NCBI RefSeq assembly: GCF_000021865.1
Contig: NC_014034.1
Location: forward strand, 3,706,959-3,738,958
DNA: 32,000 bases
DNA from: Rhodobacter capsulatus SB 1003
GTDB lineage: Bacteria; Pseudomonadota; Alphaproteobacteria; Rhodobacterales; Rhodobacteraceae
Reading direction: 5' to 3'
Shown: in pieces, positions 8,334-17,284 of the stretch
How positions within the stretch are numbered: position 1 is the first letter of the stretch
Layout: every line of letters starts with the position of its first letter
Translations under genes and position numbers: made by a program
The notes under the pieces: model-generated
The model's input: the letters and a program-made list of their open reading frames with translations, nothing else
What the model was told of the DNA's origin: nothing
Database searches by the model: none

Positions 8334-9290
8334 TCATTCCTCCTTCAGCGGGCGAGAGAGCAGCGCCGTAACGGCGTCGGCAACGGAAATCTTTTGCGCG
8401 CAAAGCGCGGCGATCATCGCGGCGATCGGCATCTCGAGGCCATGGTCCCGCGCCAGTCCGGTGACGGCCCGGGCGGTGGCGGCGCCCTCGACCGTCACGC
8501 CGGGATCAAAGGCCGAGCCACTGCCCAGCGCGATCCCGTAACGGAAATTGCGCGATTGCAACGAGGTGCAGGTCAGCACCAGATCGCCAAAGCCGGAAAG
8601 GCCCATCAGCGTCTCGGGCCGGGCGCCCAGTTTCATCGCCAGCCGGTTCATCTCGGCAAAGCCGCGGGTCATCAGCGCGGCGCGGGCGGAATCGCCCAAA
8701 TTCGCCCCGATCACCACCCCGGCGGCGATGGCGATGACGTTTTTCAAGGCGCCGCCCAGTTCGGCGCCGATCGTGTCGGTGGTGCGGTAAAGCCGCAGCG
8801 TCGGGGTGGAGAGCCGCGCCTGCAGATCGGGCGCATCGGTCCGGCAGGCCAGCGTCAGCGCGGTGGGCAACCCGCGCGCGATATCGGCGGCAAAACTTGG
8901 CCCGGTCAGAACGGCGGCCAAGGCGCCCGGACAGGCCGCCTCGATCAGCGCCACCGAGCCGCGCCCGGTGGCCAGATCAATCCCCTTCGAGCAGGAGACG
9001 AGCACCTTGCCGTCAAGCAACCCGGCGTTTTCGCTCAGGAAACCGCCCATCTTCTGCATCGGCACGCCCAGCAGCACGATATCGCAGCCCGCGGCATCTT
9101 CGATCCGGTCGGTCACGGTCAGGACTTCGGGCAGCACGGCCCCCGGCAGACGCCGGTCGTTGCGACGGCTTTCGCGCATCTCGGCCACCTGCGCGGCATC
9201 GCGGGCCCAGAGCAGCACCGGCCCGCGTTGGGCGAGCGATATCGCCAGCGCCGTGCCGAACGCCCCTGCCCCCAGAACCGCAATCGTCAT
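8334..9290 (-). CDS. gpsA: NAD(P)H-dependent glycerol-3-phosphate dehydrogenase
   Basis: ATG at 9290 gives 318 aa. Has Rossmann motif [12 protein letters not shown] and conserved [20 protein letters not shown] and RNFRYG motifs. The longer ORF extension overlaps tsaD in another frame. Confidence 0.9.
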   Translation of the reverse strand: MTIAVLGAGAFGTALAISLAQRGPVLLWARDAAQVAEMRESRRNDRRLPGAVLPEVLTVTDRIEDAAGCDIVLLGVPMQKMGGFLSENAGLLDGKVLVSCSKGIDLATGRGSVALIEAACPGALAAVLTGPSFAADIARGLPTALTLACRTDAPDLQARLSTPTLRLYRTTDTIGAELGGALKNVIAIAAGVVIGANLGDSARAALMTRGFAEMNRLAMKLGARPETLMGLSGFGDLVLTCTSLQSRNFRYGIALGSGSAFDPGVTVEGAATARAVTGLARDHGLEMPIAAMIAALCAQKISVADAVTALLSRPLKEE

Positions 9291-10372
9291 GCCTTGGCCC
9301 CCTTCTTGCCCGAGCCAAGCATCGCGGGCGCCGCAGCATCCAGCGGCCAGCGCGGCCGGGCGATCAGATCGGCCGGGCTTGCCAGCCCGAGCCGGAACCG
9401 CTCGATCCCCGCCCAGGCGATCATCGCCGCATTGTCGGTGCAAAGCCGCAGCGGCGGCGCGGTGAAACGCACCCCCTGCCCGGCGCAAAGCTGTTCCAGC
9501 GCCGCGCGAATCGCCTTGTTCGCCGCCACCCCCCCGGCCACGGCCAAGGCGGGTTCCGCGGGCGCGGTTTCCAGATAAACCGCCAGCGCCCGGCGGGTCT
9601 TTTCCGCCAGCACATCGGCAATCGCCTGCTGGAAGCCCGCGCAAAGATCGGCGCGGGTCTGCCGGTAAAGCCCGCCATGGGCGGCAATTTCCGTATCGCG
9701 GGCGCGCAGAAGCGCGGTCTTCAGCCCGGAAAACGACAGATCGCAGCCGGGCCGGTCCAAGAGCGGACGCGGAAACCGGAACGCCTTCGGATTGCCCTTG
9801 GCGGCCTCGGCCTCGACCGCGGGGCCGCCGGGCTGCGGCAGGCCGAGAAGCTTCGCCGCCTTGTCGAAGGCCTCGCCCGGGGCGTCGTCGATCGTGCCGC
9901 CAAGGCGGGAAAAACTGTCCGGCCCGCGCACCAGGAGAAACTGGCAATGCCCGCCGGAGACCAGCAGCATCAGATAGGGGAACGCAAGCCCGTCGGTCAG
10001 CCGCGGCGTCAGCGCATGGCCCGCCAGATGGTTCACCCCCACCAGCGGCAACCCGGTCCCGGCGGCAAGCCCACGCGCGCACATCACCCCCGACATCACC
10101 CCGCCGATCAGCCCCGGACCCGAGGTCACGGCGATGCCGTCGAGATCGGAAAGCCGAAGCCCGGCCTCGGCCAGGGCCTCCTCGACGCAGCGATCGAGCT
10201 TTTCGGCATGCGCCCGCGCGGCGATCTCGGGCACGACGCCGCCAAAGGGCGCATGCAGGGCGGTCTGCCCCGCCACGATCGAGGCCAGAACCGTGCCATC
10301 CGCACGCACCACCGCTGCGGCCGTGTCGTCGCAGCTCGATTCAAGGCCAAGGAAGGTCAGGAGTTTCGTCAT
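9287..10372 (-). CDS. tsaD: tRNA N6-adenosine threonylcarbamoyltransferase TsaD (Gcp/Kae1 family)
   Basis: ATG at 10372 gives 361 aa: [15 protein letters not shown]..., [23 protein letters not shown], and VSGGHCQ. There is a 4-nt overlap (ATGA) with the gpsA start. Confidence 0.9.
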   Translation of the reverse strand: MTKLLTFLGLESSCDDTAAAVVRADGTVLASIVAGQTALHAPFGGVVPEIAARAHAEKLDRCVEEALAEAGLRLSDLDGIAVTSGPGLIGGVMSGVMCARGLAAGTGLPLVGVNHLAGHALTPRLTDGLAFPYLMLLVSGGHCQFLLVRGPDSFSRLGGTIDDAPGEAFDKAAKLLGLPQPGGPAVEAEAAKGNPKAFRFPRPLLDRPGCDLSFSGLKTALLRARDTEIAAHGGLYRQTRADLCAGFQQAIADVLAEKTRRALAVYLETAPAEPALAVAGGVAANKAIRAALEQLCAGQGVRFTAPPLRLCTDNAAMIAWAGIERFRLGLASPADLIARPRWPLDAAAPAMLGSGKKGAKA

Positions 10373-10442
10373 GCCGATGTCGTTGCGCGGGGTCCTTCCT
10401 GCAGGTAACACCGGCTCAGGCATCGCACAACCCGAGGCGCCG

Positions 10443-11141
10443 ATGAGCCCTGTTTCCCGACCGCCGCTTTTGCTGACCCGTCCCCGCGCCGGGTCCGAGC
10501 GTTTCGCCGCGCAGTTCCGCGCCCGGATGGGGGCGGATTGGCCCGTGGTGATCGCGCCGCTGCTGGAAACCGCACCGACCGGGGCGGATCTGCCCGCGGC
10601 AAATGCGCTCATCTTCACCTCGGAACAGGCGGTCAAACCGCTGGCCGAAAGCGCCCTTTCGGGCCGTCCGGCCTTTTGCGTCGGCGAGCGGACGGCGGCG
10701 GTGGTGCGGCGGGCGGGTTTCCCGGTGCTGGCCGTCGCCCCCGATGCCGAGCATCTGTTCGAAGTGATCCTGTCCGCCGCCGATCCGGGGCCGATCCTGC
10801 ATGCCCGCGGCAGCGAAAGCGCCTTTCCCCTGGCCGAGCGGCTTGGTGCCGCCGGGCGGCAGGTCGGCGAAGCGATCGTTTACGCGCAGCTGCCCCAGCC
10901 CCCCGCGCCCGAGATGCTGTCGCTGTTCGCGCAGCCCGGTCCGGTTCTGGTGCCGATCTTTTCGCCCAACAGCGGCCGGTTGCTGGCCGAAGCCGCACAA
11001 GGCGCCCGGGCCGAATTGCGGCTGGTGGCGATTTCCGAAAAGGCGGCGCGGGCCTGTGCCGCGCTGCCTGCGACACTGCTGCAGATTGCAGCACGCCCGG
11101 ATGCCGAGGCGCTGCTGGACGCACTTGTCGCACGGGCCTGA
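10443..11141 (+). CDS. hemD: Uroporphyrinogen-III synthase (HemD family)
   Basis: 232 aa from ATG 10443, with GAGG 6-9 nt upstream. LLLTRP...FTSEQAV...IFSPNSG is the typical two-lobed HemD pattern. Divergent from tsaD. The start is uncertain because in-frame ATGs at 10371/10377 would leave no promoter space. Confidence 0.65.
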   Translation: MSPVSRPPLLLTRPRAGSERFAAQFRARMGADWPVVIAPLLETAPTGADLPAANALIFTSEQAVKPLAESALSGRPAFCVGERTAAVVRRAGFPVLAVAPDAEHLFEVILSAADPGPILHARGSESAFPLAERLGAAGRQVGEAIVYAQLPQPPAPEMLSLFAQPGPVLVPIFSPNSGRLLAEAAQGARAELRLVAISEKAARACAALPATLLQIAARPDAEALLDALVARA

Positions 11142-11232
11142 GAGCGGTTGAGGTTGAGCAGGCCGAAGCCGCTCAATAGACTGCGGCAAAATGAAGACAT
11201 CGCGCCGCGTTGCGCGACTTGGAGGAGTGTCC

Positions 11233-12390
11233 ATGGCGAACCCGGACGAGACGGAGCGTGACAGCACGGCACAGGCCGCTGCGCAAACCCCTGAAATGTC
11301 TGAAAAAGACGCAGGCGGACCGGGCGGGGACGTGACGGGCGCCAAGACCGAGGCCACAGCGCAGCCGGTGCCCGAAAAGGTGTCGAAACCCGCAACCGAA
11401 TCAGCCCCGGCAAAGCCGAAGCCCGTGCCGCAACCGCCGCGCGGGGGGATGTCGGTCGTCTGGGGCGGCATCATCGCCGCGGTGATCGGCTCGGTCGGCA
11501 CGCTGGTCGTGTTGCCGAAACTGCCGCCGGAGCTGCGCGAAAAGGTGCTGCCGGGCGCGCAAAGCACGGTGGAAAAGGATCTGGCCGCGCAGGCGGCGAA
11601 ACTTGAGGCCGTGGTGAAGACGATGGCCGAACTGCAGGCGGGCAATGCCGGCGTCGCGGCGCTGCAGACCGCAGTGGGCGAGCTTTCCGGCAAGGTTCAG
11701 GCGCTGGAAGCGCAGGGCGGCACCGCCCCCGCCGCGCCGGTCGATCTGTCCGGCGTGCAGGGGCAGATCGACGCGCTGAAAGCGATGGTCGAGAAGAGCC
11801 CGGCCTTCGCTTCGCAGCAGCAGCTGGAGGTGGCGACCGCCGAGGCCAAGGCGAAGATCGCCGAGGCCGAGGCCGAAACCGCGAAGATCCGCGCCGCGTC
11901 GGAAGCCGCGGCGAAAAAGGCGATCGCCCAGGCGGCCGTGGCCCGGCTGGCGGCGGCTTTTGACACCGATGCGCCGATCGATGGCGCGCTGGGCGATGTC
12001 GCGGCGGCGGGTGTTTCGGTGCCCGAGGCGCTGAAGGGCGATCTGCCCTCGATCGCCGCGCTCAAGGCGGCCTTCCCCGAGGGCGCGCGCAAGGCGCTGA
12101 CCACGGCGCGCAAGGCGACCGCGGGCGAGACGATGACGGACCGGCTCGGCTCGTTCCTGCTGGCGCAGACCGGGGCCCGGTCGCTGACGGCGAAGGACGG
12201 AACCGGCCCGGATGCGGTGCTGTCGCGGGCGCAAACCGCGGTCGATGCGGCGCAATTCGACGCGGCTCTGACCGAAATCGCGGCCCTGCCCGAAGCGGCG
12301 CAGGCCGATCTGCAACCCTGGAAGGACATGGTGGCCAAGCGCGCGAGCGCGCAGGCCGCCATCGCCGACCTGACGCAATCCGTGCAATGA
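11233..12390 (+). CDS. Mitofilin-family inner-membrane protein (alphaproteobacterial Mic60 homologue)
   Basis: ATG 11233 is preceded by GGAGGA. The protein has an N-terminal disordered region, one TM (VVWGGIIAAVIGSVGTLVVL), a long Ala/Glu/Lys/Gln coiled-coil and a C-terminal mitofilin-like block (...VLSRAQTAVDAAQFDAALTEIAALPEAAQADLQPWKDMVAKRASAQAAIADL). It sits between hemD and a HemY_N gene, the conserved alphaMic60 context. Confidence 0.75.
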   Translation: MANPDETERDSTAQAAAQTPEMSEKDAGGPGGDVTGAKTEATAQPVPEKVSKPATESAPAKPKPVPQPPRGGMSVVWGGIIAAVIGSVGTLVVLPKLPPELREKVLPGAQSTVEKDLAAQAAKLEAVVKTMAELQAGNAGVAALQTAVGELSGKVQALEAQGGTAPAAPVDLSGVQGQIDALKAMVEKSPAFASQQQLEVATAEAKAKIAEAEAETAKIRAASEAAAKKAIAQAAVARLAAAFDTDAPIDGALGDVAAAGVSVPEALKGDLPSIAALKAAFPEGARKALTTARKATAGETMTDRLGSFLLAQTGARSLTAKDGTGPDAVLSRAQTAVDAAQFDAALTEIAALPEAAQADLQPWKDMVAKRASAQAAIADLTQSVQ

Positions 12391-12400
12391 GGGGACGGCG

Positions 12401-13843
12401 ATGATCTGGTCTTTCATTAAAATCTCGCTGTTCGTCGCCGTCGTGGTCGGGCTCGCCTTTGGCGCCGCCTGGCTTTCGGATCTGGGCGAAACCATCCGCA
12501 TCATCGCCTTCGGGATCGAGCTGAACCTGGGCGCGCTGCAAGCGGTGATCCTGATCGGGCTTGCCATCCTGACGATCTGGCTGGCGCTGAAAGTGCTGGG
12601 CTTCGTCTTCGCCTTCATCCGCTTCGTGACCGGCGATGAAACCGCGATCAGCCGCTATTTCGACCGCAACCGCGAGCGCAAGGGCTATGAGGCCCTGGCC
12701 GAGGGGATGCTGGCCGTCGCCTCGGGCGAATCGAAGCTGGCGGCCTCGAAGGCGAGCAAGGCCGAGCGCTACCTGCGCCGTCCCGAGCTGACCAACCTTC
12801 TGACCGCGCAGGCGGCAATGATGAACGGCGATACCCGCAAGGCCGAAGAGGTCTATCGCAAGCTTCTGGCCGATCAGCGCACGCGCTTTGTCGGCGTGCA
12901 GGGGCTGTTGTCGCAGAAACTGGCCGAGGGCGACACCGATACCGCGGTGAAGCTGGCGCAAAAGGCCTTTGCGCTCAATCCGAAGAACCTCGAGGTGCAG
13001 AACACGCTGTTCAAGCTGCAGACCGAGGTCGGCGACTGGAAAGGCGCGCGCGACGTGCTGCTTGCCAAGATGCGTCAGGGGCAGCTGCCGAAAGACGTGC
13101 ACAAGCGCCGCGATGCGGTGCTGGCGCTGCAGGAGGCCAAGGCGGTGCTGGATGGCGGCACCTCGATCGAGGCGCAGGAAGCGGCGATTGCCGCGGCCAA
13201 GGCCTCGCCGGACCTGATTCCCGCGGCGGCGATGGCGGCCAAGGCGCATTACGACAAGGGCGATGCGAAATCGGCAACCCGCGTGCTGCTGAAAGCCTGG
13301 GAGGCACAGCCGCATCCGGATCTGGCGGCGGTCTTCGCCTCGATGGTGCCGGGCGAATCGGCGACCGAGCGGCTCAAGCGCTTCGAAAAGCTGCTCTCCT
13401 TGCGCCCCGATCACGAGGAAACCCGGCTGCTGCGCGCCGAGCTTTGCATCGCGGCCGAGGATTTCCCGGCGGCGCGGCGGGCGCTGGGCAATCTGGTCGA
13501 GGCGAACCCGACCTCGCGCGTGCTGACGCTGATGGCGGCGATCGAACGCGGCGAGGGCGAGGATGACGCGGTGGTGCGCGGCTGGCTGGCCAAGGCGCTG
13601 ACGGCGCCGCGCGGCAAGCAATGGTGCTGCGACAAGTGCCAGAACATCCAGTCGCAATGGGGCCCGGTCTGCGACAATTGCGGCGGTTTCGACACGCTGA
13701 GCTGGCGCGAACCGGCGCATAACAACATGCCCCTGCCCAATGGCGCCGAGATGCTGCCGCTGATCGTGGCCAAGGGCACGAAAGCCGATGCGGGGGCAAC
13801 TCTTGAAGGAACCGCCCGCGCTTTGAACGAACGCGAAAAATAG
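12401..13843 (+). CDS. HemY N-terminal domain / TPR-like membrane protein with C-terminal zinc ribbon
   Basis: 480 aa with two N-terminal TM segments (IKISLFVAVVVGLAFGAAWL; AVILIGLAILTIWLALKVLGFVFAFI), TPR-like helical repeats and a C-terminal CDKC-x10-CDNC. Starts 10 nt downstream of the Mic60-like gene. Confidence 0.8.
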   Translation: MIWSFIKISLFVAVVVGLAFGAAWLSDLGETIRIIAFGIELNLGALQAVILIGLAILTIWLALKVLGFVFAFIRFVTGDETAISRYFDRNRERKGYEALAEGMLAVASGESKLAASKASKAERYLRRPELTNLLTAQAAMMNGDTRKAEEVYRKLLADQRTRFVGVQGLLSQKLAEGDTDTAVKLAQKAFALNPKNLEVQNTLFKLQTEVGDWKGARDVLLAKMRQGQLPKDVHKRRDAVLALQEAKAVLDGGTSIEAQEAAIAAAKASPDLIPAAAMAAKAHYDKGDAKSATRVLLKAWEAQPHPDLAAVFASMVPGESATERLKRFEKLLSLRPDHEETRLLRAELCIAAEDFPAARRALGNLVEANPTSRVLTLMAAIERGEGEDDAVVRGWLAKALTAPRGKQWCCDKCQNIQSQWGPVCDNCGGFDTLSWREPAHNNMPLPNGAEMLPLIVAKGTKADAGATLEGTARALNEREK

Positions 13844-13886
13844 GGCTACACATCCCCGCAAGGGCGTGCTAACTGCGCGCCACAGT

Positions 13887-13962
13887 GCCGGTGTAGCTCA
13901 GCTGGTAGAGCACGTCATTCGTAATGATGGGGTCGGGGGTTCGAGTCCCTTCACCGGCACCA
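13887..13962 (+). tRNA. tRNA-Thr (anticodon CGU)
   Basis: 76 nt: GCCGGTG-TA-GCTC-AGCTGGTA-GAGC-A-CGTCA-TTCGTAA-TGATG-GGGTC-GGGGG-TTCGAGT-CCCTT-CACCGGC-A-CCA. It folds into a cloverleaf, the anticodon loop is TT-CGT-AA, CCA is encoded, and it is very similar to E. coli thrW. Confidence 0.92.
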
Positions 13963-13974
13963 CTGAACAGGAAA

Positions 13975-14008
13975 GGCTGGCAACCCCGCGGTTGCCAGCC
14001 TTTTCGTT
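13975..14008. terminator. Bidirectional Rho-independent terminator (tRNA-Thr on +, fliL operon on -)
   Basis: Perfect 11-bp stem GGCTGGCAACC-ccgc-GGTTGCCAGCC. It is followed by TTTTCGTTT on the + strand and by TTTCCTGTTC on the - strand. Confidence 0.8.
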
Positions 14009-14030
14009 TGCCCCAGCCTTTTCGTTTGCC
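13995..14030. repeat. Perfect 18-bp tandem duplication (CCAGCCTTTTCGTTTGCC x2)
   Basis: 13995-14012 and 14013-14030 are identical. The first copy is the 3' arm plus T-tract of the terminator. Confidence 0.9.
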
Positions 14031-14045
14031 AAGGCGCGGAAGGGC

Positions 14046-14600
14046 TCAGTTCGAATCCTGCCGGGCGATGTCCGAGATCAGCACGTTCAGCACCAGATCC
14101 CCCAGAACGCTCTGCGAAGCTTCGGTCAGGGCGCGGCGCAGATCGGTCATGTTGGCCGTGTCGGTGAAGGAGCCCTCGAACCCGCCCGCATTGGCGTGAT
14201 CGAACAGAACCTGCAGCAGAACATCGCGCAGCTTCGGCTCCGCGGCATAGACCTTTTCGGTGCTGCCCACCGTCACCTCAAGGCTGAGCGACAGCACGAC
14301 CAGCGAGGCAACCGCGCCCTTCTTGATCACCGGAATGACGAACTGGTTGTTCAGCTTCACATATTCGATGGTCGGAACGGCCTCTTCGCCCTCGGCATGC
14401 TCGCCCTCGGCCGCGGCATGGTCCCCGGCGGCCTTCTCGGGCGCGGGTTTCGCCGGGGCCGGGGCCGCTTCGCCCTCGGCACCGGCTTCGGCAGCGACTT
14501 CCTCGGGCGGCGGTGGCGGCGGGCGCAGGAAATACCCCGCCGCCCCGCCTCCGGCGAGACCGATCACGGCAAGCAGAACGGGAAGAATGATCTTCAGCAT
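14046..14600 (-). CDS. fliL: Flagellar basal-body-associated protein FliL
   Basis: ATG 14600 (GAGGG upstream) gives 184 aa. It has an N-terminal TM (ILPVLLAVIGLAGGGAAGYFL), a Pro/Glu/Ala linker and a FliL core (YVKLNNQFVIPV...LRDVLLQVL). Last gene of the flgB operon. Confidence 0.85.
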   Translation of the reverse strand: MLKIILPVLLAVIGLAGGGAAGYFLRPPPPPPEEVAAEAGAEGEAAPAPAKPAPEKAAGDHAAAEGEHAEGEEAVPTIEYVKLNNQFVIPVIKKGAVASLVVLSLSLEVTVGSTEKVYAAEPKLRDVLLQVLFDHANAGGFEGSFTDTANMTDLRRALTEASQSVLGDLVLNVLISDIARQDSN

Positions 14601-14607
14601 GGCACCC

Positions 14608-15333
14608 TCAGAACGGAAGAAGGATATCGGAGACCTGCTGGCCGTAGCGCGGCTGCTGCACGTCGGTGATCTGGCCGCGGCCGCCATAGGAAATCCGCGC
14701 CCCGGCAATCTTGTCGTAGGTGATCTCGTTCTGCCGGCTGACATCCTCGGGCCGCACGAAGCCGGTGACGATCAGTTCGCGCACTTCGAAATTGACCCGG
14801 ACTTCCTGGCTGCCCTGGATCCGCAGCACGCCGTTCGGCAGCCGGTCCAGCACCGTCGCCGCCACCCGCAGCGTCAGCTTTTCCTTGCGCGCCACCGAGC
14901 CGTCGCCCTTGTAGGAGGAAGACGAGCCGGTTTCAAAGGCATCGGCCATGGTGGCGCCTTCGGGCAATTGCGCATCCAGCCGCTGCGGGATGCCGAACAT
15001 CGACGGAATCCCCATCTTGTCCGAGCTTTTCCGCGACCGGCCCGAGGTGTTCGAAATCTCGGCCTTGTCGTCGATCTCGATCACCACCGTCAGGATGTCT
15101 CCGCGCGTCGCCGCCCGGCGGTCGCCCAGAAGCGAGCCACGGTTGCCCGACCACAGCGAGGCTTCCTGCGCCCGGGTCTGACGCAGCGCATCTTCGGGCA
15201 GCGGCGGGCTGTTCATCGCGAAAAATTCGTCGCTGCCTTCGACCGTGTTGAAATCCGGGGCCTTGCCGACCTGTTCAAGCCGACCACAGGCCGCCAGCGA
15301 AAGGGCCATGAAAACGAAAAGGAGGGAACGCAT
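14608..15333 (-). CDS. flgH: Flagellar L-ring lipoprotein FlgH
   Basis: 241 aa with lipobox LSLAAC and the conserved FlgH core (GDILTVVIEIDDKAE...LRIQGSQEVRVNFE...ISYGGRG). Confidence 0.92.
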   Translation of the reverse strand: MRSLLFVFMALSLAACGRLEQVGKAPDFNTVEGSDEFFAMNSPPLPEDALRQTRAQEASLWSGNRGSLLGDRRAATRGDILTVVIEIDDKAEISNTSGRSRKSSDKMGIPSMFGIPQRLDAQLPEGATMADAFETGSSSSYKGDGSVARKEKLTLRVAATVLDRLPNGVLRIQGSQEVRVNFEVRELIVTGFVRPEDVSRQNEITYDKIAGARISYGGRGQITDVQQPRYGQQVSDILLPF

Positions 15334-15344
15334 GAGACAGGCTT

Positions 15345-15770
15345 TCAGTGAGGTTGGACGTAGGCGACGCCATCGGCGCCGAGCTGGGCGAACAGCGTCG
15401 CCTTGGACGTGATGTTCATCACCCGGATCGTGTCGCCCACGGCGCCGCGATCCAGCGCCCGGCCCTCGGTGAGGATCGAGAGGCTGCCGTCGCGATAGGC
15501 CAGCGGCACCATCTGATTGCGTTCGATCACCGCGGGCGCCACCAGATCTGCGGCGCTGATCGGCTGTTGCGGATAGATCGCGGTCCGGGTCTCGAGGCCG
15601 ACCGCCGACAGCGGATCGGTCAGCGCCCCGGGCACGTCTTCCTCGGAGAGCGCCAGATCCGATTCGGTGATCACGGTCTGCGCCCGCAGGGTGCGCGCGG
15701 CAACGACCGACCCGGCCTCGGCAAGGGCGGGCAGCGTCAGCAGGACAAGGGCAAGGGTCAGACGGATCAT
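15345..15770 (-). CDS. flgA: Flagellar P-ring assembly chaperone FlgA
   Basis: 141 aa with a signal peptide (LALVLLTLPALAEA) and a SAF/FlgA C-terminus (GDTIRVMNITSKATLFAQLGADGVAYV). The start overlaps the flgG stop (ATGA). Confidence 0.8.
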   Translation of the reverse strand: MIRLTLALVLLTLPALAEAGSVVAARTLRAQTVITESDLALSEEDVPGALTDPLSAVGLETRTAIYPQQPISAADLVAPAVIERNQMVPLAYRDGSLSILTEGRALDRGAVGDTIRVMNITSKATLFAQLGADGVAYVQPH

Positions 15771-16555
15771 CAGCGCACCTGTGTCGTCGCTTGCAGCATC
15801 TCGTCGGCGGCGGTGATCACCTTGGCGTTCATCTCGTAGCCGCGCTGCGCCTTGATCAGCTCGGTGATCTCGCGCACCGCATCGACCGAACTTTCCTCGA
15901 GATAGCCCTGCTTGATCACCCCAAGCCCGTCGGTTCCCGGCGCGGCCACGGTCGGCGCCCCCGAGGCTTCGGTTTCCAGAAACAGGTTCGAGCCGATCGC
16001 TTCGAGCCCTTTTTCGTTGGTGAACCCGGCCAGCGTGATCTGCCCCAGCAGCTGCGGCTGCACCTGGTTGGTGAAATAGGCGTAAACCTCGCCCGCGGCA
16101 TTGATCGAGATCGTCGTCGCATCATCGGGCAGGGTGATCCCCGGCACCACCGGATAGCCGTCCGAGGTGACGATCTGCCCGTCGGCCGAGCGTTTGAGAC
16201 CGCCGTCGCGGGTATAGGCAGAGGCCCCCGAAGGCAGGGTCACCTCAAGAAAGCCATAGCCGTCGATCGCCAGATCGAGATCGCCGCCGGTGGAGGCCAG
16301 CGGCCCCTGCGCCAGGGTGATGCTGACCGCGGTCGAGCGCACGCCCAGACCGATCTGCACGCCCGCGGGAACGATGGTGCCGTCGTTGGCGGTGATCGTG
16401 CCCGGGCGGGTCGCCTGCTGATACATCAGATCGGCGAATTCGGCGCGGCGGGCGTTGTAGCCCGTCGTCGACATGTTGGCGAGGTTGTTCGAGATGACTT
16501 CGACCCGCATCTGCTGGGCGCTCATCCCGGTGGCGGCAATCTGCAGGGCGCGCAT
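15770..16555 (-). CDS. flgG: Flagellar distal rod protein FlgG
   Basis: 261 aa. N-terminus is MRALQIAATGMSAQQMRVEVISNNLANMSTTGY and C-terminus is GYLEESSVDAVREITELIKAQRGYEMNAKVI. Confidence 0.93.
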   Translation of the reverse strand: MRALQIAATGMSAQQMRVEVISNNLANMSTTGYNARRAEFADLMYQQATRPGTITANDGTIVPAGVQIGLGVRSTAVSITLAQGPLASTGGDLDLAIDGYGFLEVTLPSGASAYTRDGGLKRSADGQIVTSDGYPVVPGITLPDDATTISINAAGEVYAYFTNQVQPQLLGQITLAGFTNEKGLEAIGSNLFLETEASGAPTVAAPGTDGLGVIKQGYLEESSVDAVREITELIKAQRGYEMNAKVITAADEMLQATTQVR

Positions 16556-16567
16556 CGGGTGTTTCCT

Positions 16568-17281
16568 TTACTTCAGCGTCGAGATGACGTTGCGAATCCG
16601 TTCGTCCTCGCGGTCGAGGAAGGTTTGGCCCAGTTCATAGGCCCGCTGCACTTCGACCATCCGGGCGATTTCCCGCACCGGATCGACGTTCGACTGTTCG
16701 ACCGCCCCCTGCATGACCCGGGCATTCTCGGCCGGAACGGTGCCTTCGGGCACGGCGAATCGGGTGCCCGCCTGCAGGCTGATCGAGGTGGAATTCTGCG
16801 GCTCGTAAAGGCCAAGCTGCGCCAGCGGCTGCCCCTTGGCCGAAAGCGTGCCATCTTCTCCGACGGCGATCGGCCCCTGATCGGCGGGCAGGAAGATCGC
16901 CGAACCGCCGTTGTCGAGCACGCGGAACCCTTCGGGCGTGACCAGCTCGCCCTCGGGCGAGCGCAGGAAACTGCCCGCCCGGGTCAGCTGATTGCCCTCG
17001 GGCGTCTCGATCATGAAGAAGCCCTCGCCCTGGATGGCGAAATCGAGCTGGTTTCCGGTCGAGGCGACGGCGCCGCTGTCGAAATCGATGGTGCGGCCGC
17101 TGGCATGGGCCATCGAGAGCGAGGCTTCATCCCCGTCAAGGGAATCGACATATTCCGAAAACACCACCCCCTCGCGGCGGAAGCCGGTGGTGTTGACGTT
17201 GGCCATGTTGTTGGCGACGACCTGCATTTCCTGCATCAGGCCGGATTGGCGCGCCAGGGCGGCATAGATCGTGTTGTCCAT
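16568..17281 (-). CDS. flgF: Flagellar proximal rod protein FlgF
   Basis: 237 aa. N-terminus is MDNTIYAALARQSGLMQEMQVVANNMANVNTTGF and C-terminus is VEQSNVDPVREIARMVEVQRAYE. Lies immediately upstream of flgG. Confidence 0.88.
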   Translation of the reverse strand: MDNTIYAALARQSGLMQEMQVVANNMANVNTTGFRREGVVFSEYVDSLDGDEASLSMAHASGRTIDFDSGAVASTGNQLDFAIQGEGFFMIETPEGNQLTRAGSFLRSPEGELVTPEGFRVLDNGGSAIFLPADQGPIAVGEDGTLSAKGQPLAQLGLYEPQNSTSISLQAGTRFAVPEGTVPAENARVMQGAVEQSNVDPVREIARMVEVQRAYELGQTFLDREDERIRNVISTLK

Positions 17282-17284
17282 GGC

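Noticed and set aside
11401-13861. Minus-strand ORFs (11401..12618, 11697..12362, 12062..13861) opposite the Mic60-like and HemY_N genes
   Set aside because: They are Arg/Gly-rich junk translations. The + strand products have TM segments, coiled-coil/TPR structure and SD sequences.
13887-14045. tRNA-Thr as an integration site for a flagellar genomic island
   Set aside because: There is no integrase, no direct repeat of the tRNA 3' end, and no mobile-element genes. The flagellar genes are of the native alphaproteobacterial type with the same GC-rich look as the flanks.
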